Shown here one piece after another: positions 54,164 to 63,215 of a stretch of 64,000 bases of DNA. The translations under genes were made by a program, and so were the position numbers. Within the stretch, counting starts at the first letter, position 1. Every line of letters starts with the position of its first letter. The stretch lies in the sequence record NC_048016.1. One strand, given 5' to 3'. Below the pieces are notes generated by a model. It searched no databases and was not told the origin of the DNA. It saw only the letters and a list, made by a program, of their open reading frames with translations.

Positions 54164-54760
54164 ATGCGCGTTAAGAAAGTTATCCACGTGCCGATTGTTA
54201 ACATCGTCAATACCCCGGACACGCTGCACAAAGATGGTGAACGTAATGTCATGCTCACTAAACAACATTTTGAAAGGGTTGAACGCCTGAAAGCGGAAGG
54301 GCATCCCGTCGAGGGATACACCGTGCATTATGTTCCCGTGGCCGGAAGTGACATGGGCTTTGCGCTGACGGCGACATTAACGTTGCTGTGTCTTAAGCCC
54401 AACGATGCCGAAGCATTAATTCTTTATAAGGCGCTTGAAGAATCGTTTAAATACGCCGCGATTCGCGGTAACACGACTTCCATCTGGACCGGGCAAGCAG
54501 CGGCAATCCTTAACAAATACGCCACCCAAGTCAGCGGTACAATCATGAAGTCGCTGACCGACGAAAGGATGGTTGATAAGATTGCCAAACCGTGGATGGT
54601 GCGCGAACCGTCCGGCTTCGATCGTAAGCAACGTCGCCCGCAGTCGAACCTCCCCGTTCTGACCATTGAATTACCCATCGGTGAAGAGTCTACCGGTGCT
54701 CGTCACCATATCGCCCTGCACCTCGAGCAGATTGGCTACGCTGTTAAATTCAAAAACTAA
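54164..54760 (+). CDS. Hypothetical protein (198 aa)
   Basis: GTAAGGAGTAAT RBS. Confidence 0.75.
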   Translation: MRVKKVIHVPIVNIVNTPDTLHKDGERNVMLTKQHFERVERLKAEGHPVEGYTVHYVPVAGSDMGFALTATLTLLCLKPNDAEALILYKALEESFKYAAIRGNTTSIWTGQAAAILNKYATQVSGTIMKSLTDERMVDKIAKPWMVREPSGFDRKQRRPQSNLPVLTIELPIGEESTGARHHIALHLEQIGYAVKFKN

Positions 54761-54773
54761 GTAAGGATTAATC

Positions 54774-55088
54774 ATGAAAACTGAACAAGTAAGCAAAATT
54801 GAAGAAGTTATCGACACCGCGCTGGCAGATGCTAATAAGCCTATCACCGCTGTCGGTATTGTTGCCCGCCATTTTGGTGCGAGCATTGAAAAGCGTAAAG
54901 CACCGAAAATCTTTGTGCGCTCTGAGCTGCCGTTGACCCACGACGAAGCGGCCCGCGTAGCTGAAGCACTGGAGGCCGAAGGTTTCGAATGGGAAATCGC
55001 TGGCGCTACCCTTAACCCTATCGAAGTATCGGACAACGTCGTACGTCGTTCGAAGTCGGTTCCCCGCATTAAACGAGGTGCGAAATGA
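54774..55088 (+). CDS. Hypothetical protein (104 aa)
   Basis: TAAGGA RBS. Confidence 0.7.
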   Translation: MKTEQVSKIEEVIDTALADANKPITAVGIVARHFGASIEKRKAPKIFVRSELPLTHDEAARVAEALEAEGFEWEIAGATLNPIEVSDNVVRRSKSVPRIKRGAK

Positions 55089-55612
55089 ACACCGCGCAAT
55101 TAAACTGTTTTACCAAACGTGAACGTACTGAACTGATTCGCATCACCCGCGGTCAGCAGGTTAACGACAGCTTCAATATCGACCCGAAGAAGCTTGCCAT
55201 CGCCAAGCACTTCCCGGAAGTGGAATGGGACATTGAGTTCTTCCGTCTGCAGGCCTTTACGAACGCCTTAACTCAGATGGCGAACTACAACAGCGCGAAA
55301 GTACCGGCGTGGACGTGGCATATTCGTCACACCCCGTCGTCCATCTGCGATCGTCAGTCCGGTGAGATGGTTAACGTCAAACCGATTGCCCATCCGCGCT
55401 ATATGGATCAGTTCATCGAGCTCATTGCCAAGACCCCTCTCTCCTCAATCGATGCCTATTGCGACATCATTAAAGAGATTGGCCACCCAAGCATCAAGTG
55501 CATCGGGTCGGACACCGCTGACAAGAACGGGCACTTTACGCGCCTGTCGTGGATTGCGGGTCCGTACAACAATGAGAACCTCCTTTATCTGGATCGGAAC
55601 CGTCACGCATGA
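55085..55612 (+). CDS. Hypothetical protein (175 aa)
   Basis: GAGGTG RBS, ATGA overlap. Confidence 0.7.
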   Translation: MNTAQLNCFTKRERTELIRITRGQQVNDSFNIDPKKLAIAKHFPEVEWDIEFFRLQAFTNALTQMANYNSAKVPAWTWHIRHTPSSICDRQSGEMVNVKPIAHPRYMDQFIELIAKTPLSSIDAYCDIIKEIGHPSIKCIGSDTADKNGHFTRLSWIAGPYNNENLLYLDRNRHA

Positions 55613-55908
55613 AACCGTTAGAGATGACGCAGAAGGAGCTTTTAGACCATCTGCTCTACGGCGGGAAAGTAGAAGACACGCGGGAGTGGGCTGATGCACT
55701 CCTGATGTCTCTTATTCCTGCGCGCAGTAATCACTACGAAATCGCGGTACTGGGAGAAGAGTATTGTTTTCGTACCAAAGACCGCGAATACGAAATCCAG
55801 CGCGTTCCCGCCACCGTCGGCGGGGTGTTGTTGTTGGCCGCTAACCAACTCACGTTCATCGAGGTGGCGTTGAACTATTACGCCACCGGTGGACAAAGGG
55901 GGTTCTAA
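55609..55908 (+). CDS. Hypothetical protein (99 aa)
   Basis: ATGA overlap. Confidence 0.65.
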   Translation: MKPLEMTQKELLDHLLYGGKVEDTREWADALLMSLIPARSNHYEIAVLGEEYCFRTKDREYEIQRVPATVGGVLLLAANQLTFIEVALNYYATGGQRGF

Positions 55909-55928
55909 GGTAAACCCGGAGAGAAATT

Positions 55929-56267
55929 ATGTTCGGTTGGTTCCGACATTACAAACAGTTAAAGGAAGAGCACGCCGTGTTAACCGAGACCACGGAGTTT
56001 CAGGCTCAACTGATCGACGTGCTTCGTGAACAGGTAAAAGCAGCCACCGGTCTCGCGAACACACAGCGCAACACCATAGACCTGCTGAGCAAGAACCGCG
56101 ACATAAATGAGCGGACACTTGATCTGGTGTTGACCATACTCGCCACCGCAGTCTACGAGCGACGTGACCCACTTGACGCCATTGGTCGGGTGTTTAGAGC
56201 GATGTCACCAAAAACCTGTGCTCGGGTTGCAAAATTAATATTAGCTGAAAGGAGTAATAAATGTTAA
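55929..56267 (+). CDS. Coiled-coil hypothetical protein (112 aa)
   Basis: GGAGA RBS; heptad pattern. Confidence 0.7.
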   Translation: MFGWFRHYKQLKEEHAVLTETTEFQAQLIDVLREQVKAATGLANTQRNTIDLLSKNRDINERTLDLVLTILATAVYERRDPLDAIGRVFRAMSPKTCARVAKLILAERSNKC

Positions 56268-57436
56268 AACCACGCAAGACCCGTAAGAACCGTGCTCAAA
56301 TAACGTTCCGTGAAGACGGGGGAACTACTTACTACTCCCCGAACTGCAAACCCCTGAAGCACACTAAGGAACAAATTGATACCCTGGCGAAAATAGTCTT
56401 GCAACGTCCCGCCAGCATTTGGTACGGCTTGCGTGCGATACAAGGGCACAACAACCGACCGGACTATCCGTATCATGCTTTACGGGCAATGTCGGAGAAA
56501 GAATGGAACTTCCATTGGCAATGGAAAGCCTTATCGCGCGCCGCACATGTTGACCAAGTGGAACAGTGTGCTCTTCGTGACGAAGTTAACCCACTGGACT
56601 GGTCTTGGCAGCCTGAGTTCCTGCAAAACTTGGATTACCTCACCCGCAAGGCGTCGCTGACCGATTACCTAATTGGCTTCGACCCGGGCCGTCCTGAAGG
56701 TTCAGCGATGGCGATGGTGGTCAAAGGTCGTCAGCCGGGGCTGTTCTCCGCAGACGCTATTCGTACTGGTAAATCGGACTGGCAGTTACACGCTGCAATA
56801 GCGCAAGGGCCAGATGCGGTGAAGGAACTTATCGCACAGCGCCTTGCTAAGCTGCCTGACACGGAGATGCCTCTCAACCGTGAACGTTGGGCGGGACTGA
56901 TAGATGAGAACCAGCCCGTGGCAAAGGCATCGCGGATGCCACTACCAGCAGGCAGACTCAAGATGTCGCGTGAGTTTGTCGTCTCAGAGAACAGCCTCGA
57001 GCGCGGGGGTTTTGAACACACGGTGGGCGGCAACAAACCTATCGGTGTTCACCTCAAGCAGTCCGTGCCGGTCCTGAATAATCCTGAACTCGTAGGGGTT
57101 GACCCTTATTCCCCAGACTTAACGACTGAGCAGAAAGCGGCCATCGTTGCAGAAGCCAAAATTAACTCAGCTTACTTCTTCAGTATTCTAAGAAACCCAG
57201 CACCAGACGGGAGCAGAACCACGCCGTTCACGGACGTTGAGAAGCAAGAGATTCAACTGCATTACGAGTATCACCACCCCTACCACAACCTCGATGTCTC
57301 CACGAAGTATTACTTCCCGGTCATTCCATCGGATGAAGTGTTTGCATTTCCGGGTCGCGGCATGACGCCGTTCACGCCACAGCATGACCCTGACCATCTG
57401 AATCTGCCACTGGGTTCTAAACTCGAAGACGAATAA
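56261..57436 (+). CDS. Mosaic hypothetical protein containing a terminase-N-terminus-like segment (391 aa)
   Basis: AAGGAGTAAT RBS; LNNPELVGVDPYSPDLTTEQKAAIVAEAKINSAYFFSILRNP; no Walker motifs. Confidence 0.55.
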   Translation: MLKPRKTRKNRAQITFREDGGTTYYSPNCKPLKHTKEQIDTLAKIVLQRPASIWYGLRAIQGHNNRPDYPYHALRAMSEKEWNFHWQWKALSRAAHVDQVEQCALRDEVNPLDWSWQPEFLQNLDYLTRKASLTDYLIGFDPGRPEGSAMAMVVKGRQPGLFSADAIRTGKSDWQLHAAIAQGPDAVKELIAQRLAKLPDTEMPLNRERWAGLIDENQPVAKASRMPLPAGRLKMSREFVVSENSLERGGFEHTVGGNKPIGVHLKQSVPVLNNPELVGVDPYSPDLTTEQKAAIVAEAKINSAYFFSILRNPAPDGSRTTPFTDVEKQEIQLHYEYHHPYHNLDVSTKYYFPVIPSDEVFAFPGRGMTPFTPQHDPDHLNLPLGSKLEDE

Positions 57437-57445
57437 AAAAGAAGC

Positions 57446-57477
57446 GGTAGCCTTAGGGCTACCCTCTTTTATTTTTT
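57446..57477 (+). terminator. Intrinsic terminator, possibly bidirectional
   Basis: GGTAGCC-TTAG-GGCTACC, T tract after and A tract before. Confidence 0.75.
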
Positions 57478-57636
57478 GGCCCTAAATCAAATACGTTCAG
57501 CCGCCCTACTTTCTTTTTTTATTTCTGGTGAGGCCCCGTGTCAACCCGGTAATGGTTTACGCACACCCCTGTATATTTTTTTGCCTATGGCGAGAGTGCC
57601 ACCTACACCACACCAATGTAAAATGAGGACATCCCC

Positions 57637-59535
57637 ATGGCTGGACAATCTGTCCCTGCTCCAAAAGCGCTTGATTTAACCGCGTCCATTGTGGGCGGAA
57701 CCGTTCTCTTAAACAAAGATGGCTTTATCTACGAAATGCCACTGTCTGCCCTGTTGCAGAAATTCGATTTAGCAGCGGAAGATGGCCTGGGCCAAATTGG
57801 CCGTTGTGCAACCGTTGCCAACCTGCGCAAAATGGAACCCAAGACACCGGGTCAGCGCATTGACATTGCTGAATACGCACCGGGCAGCAAAAACGGTGGC
57901 GGTTACTTCTTCTACGATGCAGATGACAAAACGTCAAAAGACGATGGTGGCTTCTGTATCGTTACCCCAAAAGGCGCTCGTTGGAAGCGCGACATCGGAC
58001 ACATCGGTGCACTGAACGTCACCCACTTCGGGGCTATCCCGGATGGTAAGACTGACTGTATCGATGCCGTTAACAAGATGTGGGCGTTCTCCAAAGCAAA
58101 CTTGATTCAGTTGGGTATTCAGTTCCCGTCTGGCAAGTTCTTCCTGTCTAAGTTCGCACAGGCCAGTGAAGTGGGTTACTTCCGTGTTGTTGGCTTTAAC
58201 AGCACCAACGCGTTTGGTTACTTCAACACCACGACCATCTATTCCGATGACCAAGATGAGTTCGTGTTTGATGTGAATGCGCGCCGGACTGAAATCAGCG
58301 GAATCGAATTCAACGGTCAAATCGATTTGGGTAACAAGCAGTACCGTTGCTCGAAGAAAGGTTTCTTCCGTAACGTCGATCCGGGCGGCCAGTATATCCG
58401 TGTCTCGAACTTCATGAGCTCATGGGTTGGCGGCACAAGCTTTGACATGCTGGACAACCTCGACACCAAGTTCGATCAGTTCTACGCCTCTCGGTGTACG
58501 GGTACCGTCCTGAAAGGGCGTCCGTCGTTCCGTGATGCAGGCGGTTGGAACCACCTGACTGCTATCGAGCTGACCAACTTCAACATGCAGTATTGTACTG
58601 GCAACCTCGTGTTCGACCTGCCACGCGCAACCCAGTCCCTGATTCGTAACGGCTGGATTGAACACTGTGAGTTCCCGGGTAACCTGTCTGATGGCCAGTG
58701 GCAGATTGACTCGTTCTCCATGGAAGACTGTGACAACCCAATGCAGGTGCAGAATGCCCGCTTGGTGCGTTTCGCAACCAACCTGCAAGGCAAGTCTAAC
58801 TGGGATGCCAACAGCGGTGAAAGCGGCTGGAAGGAAATCTCTGCCTACGAGTACGGCATGACGGACATCCACAACCACGGTATCAAAACCGACGGTTCGG
58901 TGCAGGCCGGTTACTACGGCTCACTGGTGAAGATGGACAACAACACCGGTGCTGCGCAGTGGTTCCATGCCTGCTGGGTGAAACCGGTTTCCATTGGTGA
59001 CACTATCCAACTGCGGATGTTTGGTACACAGGCGTACAGCGGGAACAAAATTGATAACGATGTTATCAGTGGCGGCCGCCAGTCCGGTGGCTATGCAGAC
59101 GTGTTCATCAAAGTCCTGCAAGACTCGTCTCTGGCGATTCAGTGGGACGGGGTTGGTAGTTGTCCGATTCTGGATGTGCGTTCTGACAACAGCAAAGGTT
59201 CAACCAACATCTACGTGAAAGTGGCGGCATGGTCACGTAACGTCGGTGTGGAGTGCTACACCACCAGTAAGACCCGTTTCGAAGCGGGTATCCGTTTCCA
59301 GATTCAGCGCAAAGGCGTGAAGGTCGACGAAGCGGCAATTACCGGTGACGCATTCCCGACTGTCCCAACGGGCATGACCCTCGGTACCAAAAACGGCATC
59401 GGTTGGAACGGTCAGGGCGACCTGCTGATGAAGTTCGAACTGCAGAACGGGTATCTGCCTGTGAAGATTCAGTCTCCGTCTTCCGGTAAGATTACCCAAG
59501 GTTACATCAAGGTAGAGACCTCTTTACCTAAGTAA
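57637..59535 (+). CDS. Tailspike / exopolysaccharide depolymerase, beta-helix type (632 aa)
   Basis: GGGYF.YD...DDGG..IVT..GARWKR, NVTHFGAIPDGKTD, IQFPSGKF pectate-lyase-like start; recalled similarity to Erwinia phage EPS depolymerases and AmsF. Confidence 0.78.
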   Translation: MAGQSVPAPKALDLTASIVGGTVLLNKDGFIYEMPLSALLQKFDLAAEDGLGQIGRCATVANLRKMEPKTPGQRIDIAEYAPGSKNGGGYFFYDADDKTSKDDGGFCIVTPKGARWKRDIGHIGALNVTHFGAIPDGKTDCIDAVNKMWAFSKANLIQLGIQFPSGKFFLSKFAQASEVGYFRVVGFNSTNAFGYFNTTTIYSDDQDEFVFDVNARRTEISGIEFNGQIDLGNKQYRCSKKGFFRNVDPGGQYIRVSNFMSSWVGGTSFDMLDNLDTKFDQFYASRCTGTVLKGRPSFRDAGGWNHLTAIELTNFNMQYCTGNLVFDLPRATQSLIRNGWIEHCEFPGNLSDGQWQIDSFSMEDCDNPMQVQNARLVRFATNLQGKSNWDANSGESGWKEISAYEYGMTDIHNHGIKTDGSVQAGYYGSLVKMDNNTGAAQWFHACWVKPVSIGDTIQLRMFGTQAYSGNKIDNDVISGGRQSGGYADVFIKVLQDSSLAIQWDGVGSCPILDVRSDNSKGSTNIYVKVAAWSRNVGVECYTTSKTRFEAGIRFQIQRKGVKVDEAAITGDAFPTVPTGMTLGTKNGIGWNGQGDLLMKFELQNGYLPVKIQSPSSGKITQGYIKVETSLPK

Positions 59536-59539
59536 TCTG

Positions 59540-59574
59540 GTGAGACCCCTTCGGGGGTCTCACTTTTCTTTTTT
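59540..59574 (+). terminator. Intrinsic terminator
   Basis: GTGAGACCC-CTTCG-GGGTCTCAC then T tract. Confidence 0.85.
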
Positions 59575-59576
59575 GT

Positions 59577-59602
59577 CTCTACGTTATCTTTCTGTTATAT
59601 GT
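59577..59602 (+). promoter_or_regulatory. Bipartite promoter variant CTCTAC-N15-TATGT
   Basis: Intergenic, ahead of the tail paralog array. Confidence 0.45.
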
Positions 59603-59695
59603 CAAAGTATCAGTAGGGGCTTACCGATTTATTATGCTGGCAGGAGGGTTACGGCAGACGCTGTAGCCTTTGGAAACCTTAACCGAGTTAACGCG

Positions 59696-60496
59696 ATGTC
59701 TATTACCTCCAAAGAGAATCTGCTAAAACTCATCAACGAAGAATGTCAGATTAGCCCTGCGCTAACTTTCAACGACGTTGATATTTCTCTGCCGGAAGTG
59801 GTGTCCGTCGACGGTCGCGATTCGAGTGTGGTGTTAACGTCCAAGATAAAAGATGATGAGGGGTCTCAGGTTGAGGTCTTTTACCATCGCCGTCCCTTAC
59901 CGGACTATATCAAAAACAACAACACTTTTGGTGACGAAGATATTGCGTCTGCGCATGACATTCTCACTGCGATTAATGATCGTTTCGGCCTCAACATTCT
60001 TCCTGACGATGTGGAAGATACGCCGCGCTCCGGCAATGCAATAACGTTGACAGCAGAACCTCTCTCCCACGAGTGGCGAGGTGATGTTGTCATTCAACTT
60101 AAACCGGCGGTTCAACTGAACTCCGTGTTGACCAACACGCAACTGGATGGCTTGCAATACCCAGACCATCAGGATGCGTTAACCGTGGGCCAAGCCTACA
60201 TCTATTCTCGTGACACCGATTTTAGTCACATCAAGAAATTCCTTAACACCCTTGCGGTTGGGCTGGATTTAGATGACACCGCGATGGCAGAGCAGGTTAA
60301 CAAATGTGTGCCAGAACTGTGGGTGTCAGAAGATGCTCCAGCGGCGTACAACTTCCGTGATGCCACTGTGGTGTTTGTCGGTGAACCAAAAGACCGTGTT
60401 GGGGCGAACACCGCCTTTACCAACGTGGTATCGATTGCGCTCTCTGACAAGTGTACGAACTTCCAAGGCGTCCTTAACTTACACTTTAACAACTAG
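59696..60496 (+). CDS. Tail/baseplate paralog-family protein (266 aa)
   Basis: Start moved to ATG 59696 (MSITSKENLLKLINEE); module plus QLDGLQYP plus C-terminal domain ending LHFNN. Confidence 0.72.
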   Translation: MSITSKENLLKLINEECQISPALTFNDVDISLPEVVSVDGRDSSVVLTSKIKDDEGSQVEVFYHRRPLPDYIKNNNTFGDEDIASAHDILTAINDRFGLNILPDDVEDTPRSGNAITLTAEPLSHEWRGDVVIQLKPAVQLNSVLTNTQLDGLQYPDHQDALTVGQAYIYSRDTDFSHIKKFLNTLAVGLDLDDTAMAEQVNKCVPELWVSEDAPAAYNFRDATVVFVGEPKDRVGANTAFTNVVSIALSDKCTNFQGVLNLHFNN

Positions 60497-60506
60497 GAGG
60501 GTCTAG

Positions 60507-61340
60507 GTGTCTATTTACGATAAACCCTCGAAAGGGATGTTGTTAGAGGCCATCAACGTTCAGAACGGGACATCGTTAACGTGGAATCAGATTGCTGCGG
60601 GCTTCCCGGAGAAAATCAGTACCCCGTTAGCGCCCCGCGATACCCGTGTCTTAATCTACGGGTTGAACGGTGGTGGGTACAAGGGCAACGTCACCATTGA
60701 ATACAACCGCATTGACTTTGCGGTGCTGTTCCGTAATGTGATTCCGGTTGTCGTCACGAACCCCGTTGCGAAGCTCTCTGACCTGCTGCCTTTCTTAAAT
60801 AAGAAATACGGCCTGTCGTTAACCGCCGATGATATCGTTGACCGGTCTGTGGCGGATTTAGGAGAGAGCTGGATTCTGCCGGTGCAGATAAAGTCGGGTA
60901 ACCTTGCATGGCAAACCGATTTCAATCTGCGCTTTGCAAAGTTCTTCCCGAACCTGAAAGACGTTGTGACCGACGTGGACTTGACTGCCATCGTTGCCCC
61001 GTTTGAAGCCGGGCTTAAGCCCCATGCGGAATACGTGGCCTACGGCTATGACTACACCGAGATTGCCAGCACCTTTAATAATGATTGGACAACCAATCGG
61101 GTGCTGACACAGGCGGATGTGGATGTGCTGAATGGCGTGGTACCGTTGAAGTTTGCGTTGGTAACGGGTGCGAATGCACAGGCGGGTCAAATCGCCTTAG
61201 CCGGTGCCCGGTTAGCAGGCTCAGTGGGGATTACGCCCAACGACCGTTACGACCAAGGTTACTCGCGGGCGTTCTTGATTACCTTGGCCGCCGACAGTAA
61301 CTACACCGGTCAGTTAATCCTCCACTACACACCGAAGTAG
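60507..61340 (+). CDS. Tail/baseplate paralog-family protein (277 aa)
   Basis: GGAGG RBS; RDTRV..GYKGNVTIEYNRIDF..LF..LNKKYGL.L..DDI; ends LHYTPK. Confidence 0.75.
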   Translation: MSIYDKPSKGMLLEAINVQNGTSLTWNQIAAGFPEKISTPLAPRDTRVLIYGLNGGGYKGNVTIEYNRIDFAVLFRNVIPVVVTNPVAKLSDLLPFLNKKYGLSLTADDIVDRSVADLGESWILPVQIKSGNLAWQTDFNLRFAKFFPNLKDVVTDVDLTAIVAPFEAGLKPHAEYVAYGYDYTEIASTFNNDWTTNRVLTQADVDVLNGVVPLKFALVTGANAQAGQIALAGARLAGSVGITPNDRYDQGYSRAFLITLAADSNYTGQLILHYTPK

Positions 61341-61348
61341 GAACTATT

Positions 61349-62194
61349 ATGCCACTGTTAGCGACCGCTGAAGAGATTATCTTAGCCGAGCTGAACACCG
61401 AGAACCACCTCGACTTAAAAGTCGCTGACGTGCTTTACGGTGAGCCTCAGATTCCGACTTCGGCTGAGGACTTGGCACTCGCCAACGGGCACAACTCGAT
61501 GGTGCGTATCCAAGCGCTCGCCACTGCCAATGCGGTGGGTGCCACCACGGTGTTTTACGACCGTGTAGACTTTGGGGTCATGTTCACCGACCTTGATGGA
61601 CTACAGCCGTTGCGTGTCCCTGCTCGTCTGGACAGTGTCTTTACTTCTCACGATATCGTGAGTTTGATTAACCAGTATTACGGACTGCGTCTACGGCCCA
61701 CCGATGTGGAGATGACCTACATCGACCGCACGAACTGGACGGTACAGCTCACGGCCACCAATACCTCCTTAGGGTGGATTGGTACGCAAGAGGTACAGCT
61801 CCTGCCGGGTGATGCGTTACTGCCGGGTAACTTCGATGCTAAAGAAGTGGAACCGTTTTCGTATCCGTATTTCAACACCAGAGTCGGTCAGGGGGCGGTC
61901 TACTCCTATCCTTGGCGTTTTGATGATTACGCAGCCGAGTTTAAAGCCGGGGGACTCAACCTCACCCAAGCGCGACTCGCTGCTATTCTGAAAACGGTGA
62001 CTGGCGACAGTTGGTTAGTCTACCGCAGCCCGATAAACTACAACCTCAAAGAGGCCACGGTGGTTTATAACGGAAAGAACAGCGCAGACTTACCGACCAA
62101 TCCGTCAGTTGATAACGTCTTGGTTATCGAACTGTCTTTGTATTGCCTCAACCTTGGCGGACGTTTGTATCTCCACTACAACGACCCTGACTAA
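61349..62194 (+). CDS. Tail/baseplate paralog-family protein (281 aa)
   Basis: Same module; VGQGAVYS; ends LHYNDPD. Confidence 0.75.
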   Translation: MPLLATAEEIILAELNTENHLDLKVADVLYGEPQIPTSAEDLALANGHNSMVRIQALATANAVGATTVFYDRVDFGVMFTDLDGLQPLRVPARLDSVFTSHDIVSLINQYYGLRLRPTDVEMTYIDRTNWTVQLTATNTSLGWIGTQEVQLLPGDALLPGNFDAKEVEPFSYPYFNTRVGQGAVYSYPWRFDDYAAEFKAGGLNLTQARLAAILKTVTGDSWLVYRSPINYNLKEATVVYNGKNSADLPTNPSVDNVLVIELSLYCLNLGGRLYLHYNDPD

Positions 62195-62214
62195 TCCCGA
62201 TAAAGGAAGTTAGA

Positions 62215-63141
62215 ATGAAACCTTTAAACAAAACCTCCGACCTCTTGGTTCTGGACTTCATTAACGAAAAGAACGTCGATGCGGATTTGGAACTCTCCAA
62301 AGTCCTGCTGGGGACCCCAGTGGTCAACGACGGCGATGACTCAGCTGACCGTAACACCAAAATGGTGGTAACGGCACGTAAGAACTCTGGTCTGGTCGGT
62401 ACGCAGGGCGTGACCTATTCCCGTCTGGCCGGCGAAGCGCTGTTCCGTAACGTGACCGCGTACATCGATGTGAAAACACCGAAGACCACCGCTGACCTGC
62501 TGGATAAGCTGAATGCCCAATACGGCCTGAAGCTGACCGTGGACGACATCGTGCCAGCGAACATCCCGGACAACACCAACCCACCGGTGACTGACCCGGA
62601 TGCACCAGACCCAGCGCCGGTTGATCACACCCTGACCTTCAAAGATGACTGCTACGCGTTCCTTGGCACCATCCCACTGAAAATCGGTGCGAAGCCACAG
62701 GTCGGTGAGCGTCTGTCTCTGGTTATCACCCAAACCCAGCTCGACGGTCTGCAGTATCCGGATGAGAAGTCTGATACCAAAGGTCAGGCGTACATCTACT
62801 CGTACGGTATCGACGCTACCCCAATTGCGGCCTTCCTGAAAGCGCAAGCAGTGGCGACACTGGCTGATGACTCTGCGTTCGCGACCGAGCTGAACAAAGT
62901 GGTGCCTGAGCTGTGGGTTGATAAAGAGACCGCAGAAGACTACAACCTGCACAGTGCGGCAGTGACCTACAACGGCCCAACCGTTAACCAAGTGCCTGAT
63001 CCAAACAGCACCACGGGTGGCACGATTGACCAACCGGTCGAAGGTGCGAACACGGACTTCAACAGCATCCTGAAACTGGAACTGTCTGATACCCTGTGCT
63101 CTAACTTCCAAGGTGAGCTGTTCCTGCACTATAACGCCTAA
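62215..63141 (+). CDS. Tail/baseplate paralog-family protein (308 aa)
   Basis: Same module; QLDGLQYP..GQAYIYS; ends LHYNA. Confidence 0.75.
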   Translation: MKPLNKTSDLLVLDFINEKNVDADLELSKVLLGTPVVNDGDDSADRNTKMVVTARKNSGLVGTQGVTYSRLAGEALFRNVTAYIDVKTPKTTADLLDKLNAQYGLKLTVDDIVPANIPDNTNPPVTDPDAPDPAPVDHTLTFKDDCYAFLGTIPLKIGAKPQVGERLSLVITQTQLDGLQYPDEKSDTKGQAYIYSYGIDATPIAAFLKAQAVATLADDSAFATELNKVVPELWVDKETAEDYNLHSAAVTYNGPTVNQVPDPNSTTGGTIDQPVEGANTDFNSILKLELSDTLCSNFQGELFLHYNA

Positions 63142-63151
63142 TAGGTGTCTG

Positions 63152-63194
63152 ACTAGGGGGAGGGATTCCTCCTCCTAGTTTACCCTTCTTTTTT
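63152..63194 (+). terminator. Intrinsic terminator
   Basis: ACTAGGGGGAGG-GATT-CCTCCTCCTAGT then T-rich tract. Confidence 0.7.
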
Positions 63195-63215
63195 AGACCT
63201 GCCGAGGAGGCTATT

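Noticed and set aside
56261-57436. Annotating this ORF as the large terminase
   Set aside because: No Walker A/B or complete nuclease domain; only a short segment resembles terminase
62341-63129. 262-aa minus-strand ORF
   Set aside because: Shadow of a codon-biased + gene; such bias depletes antisense stop codons
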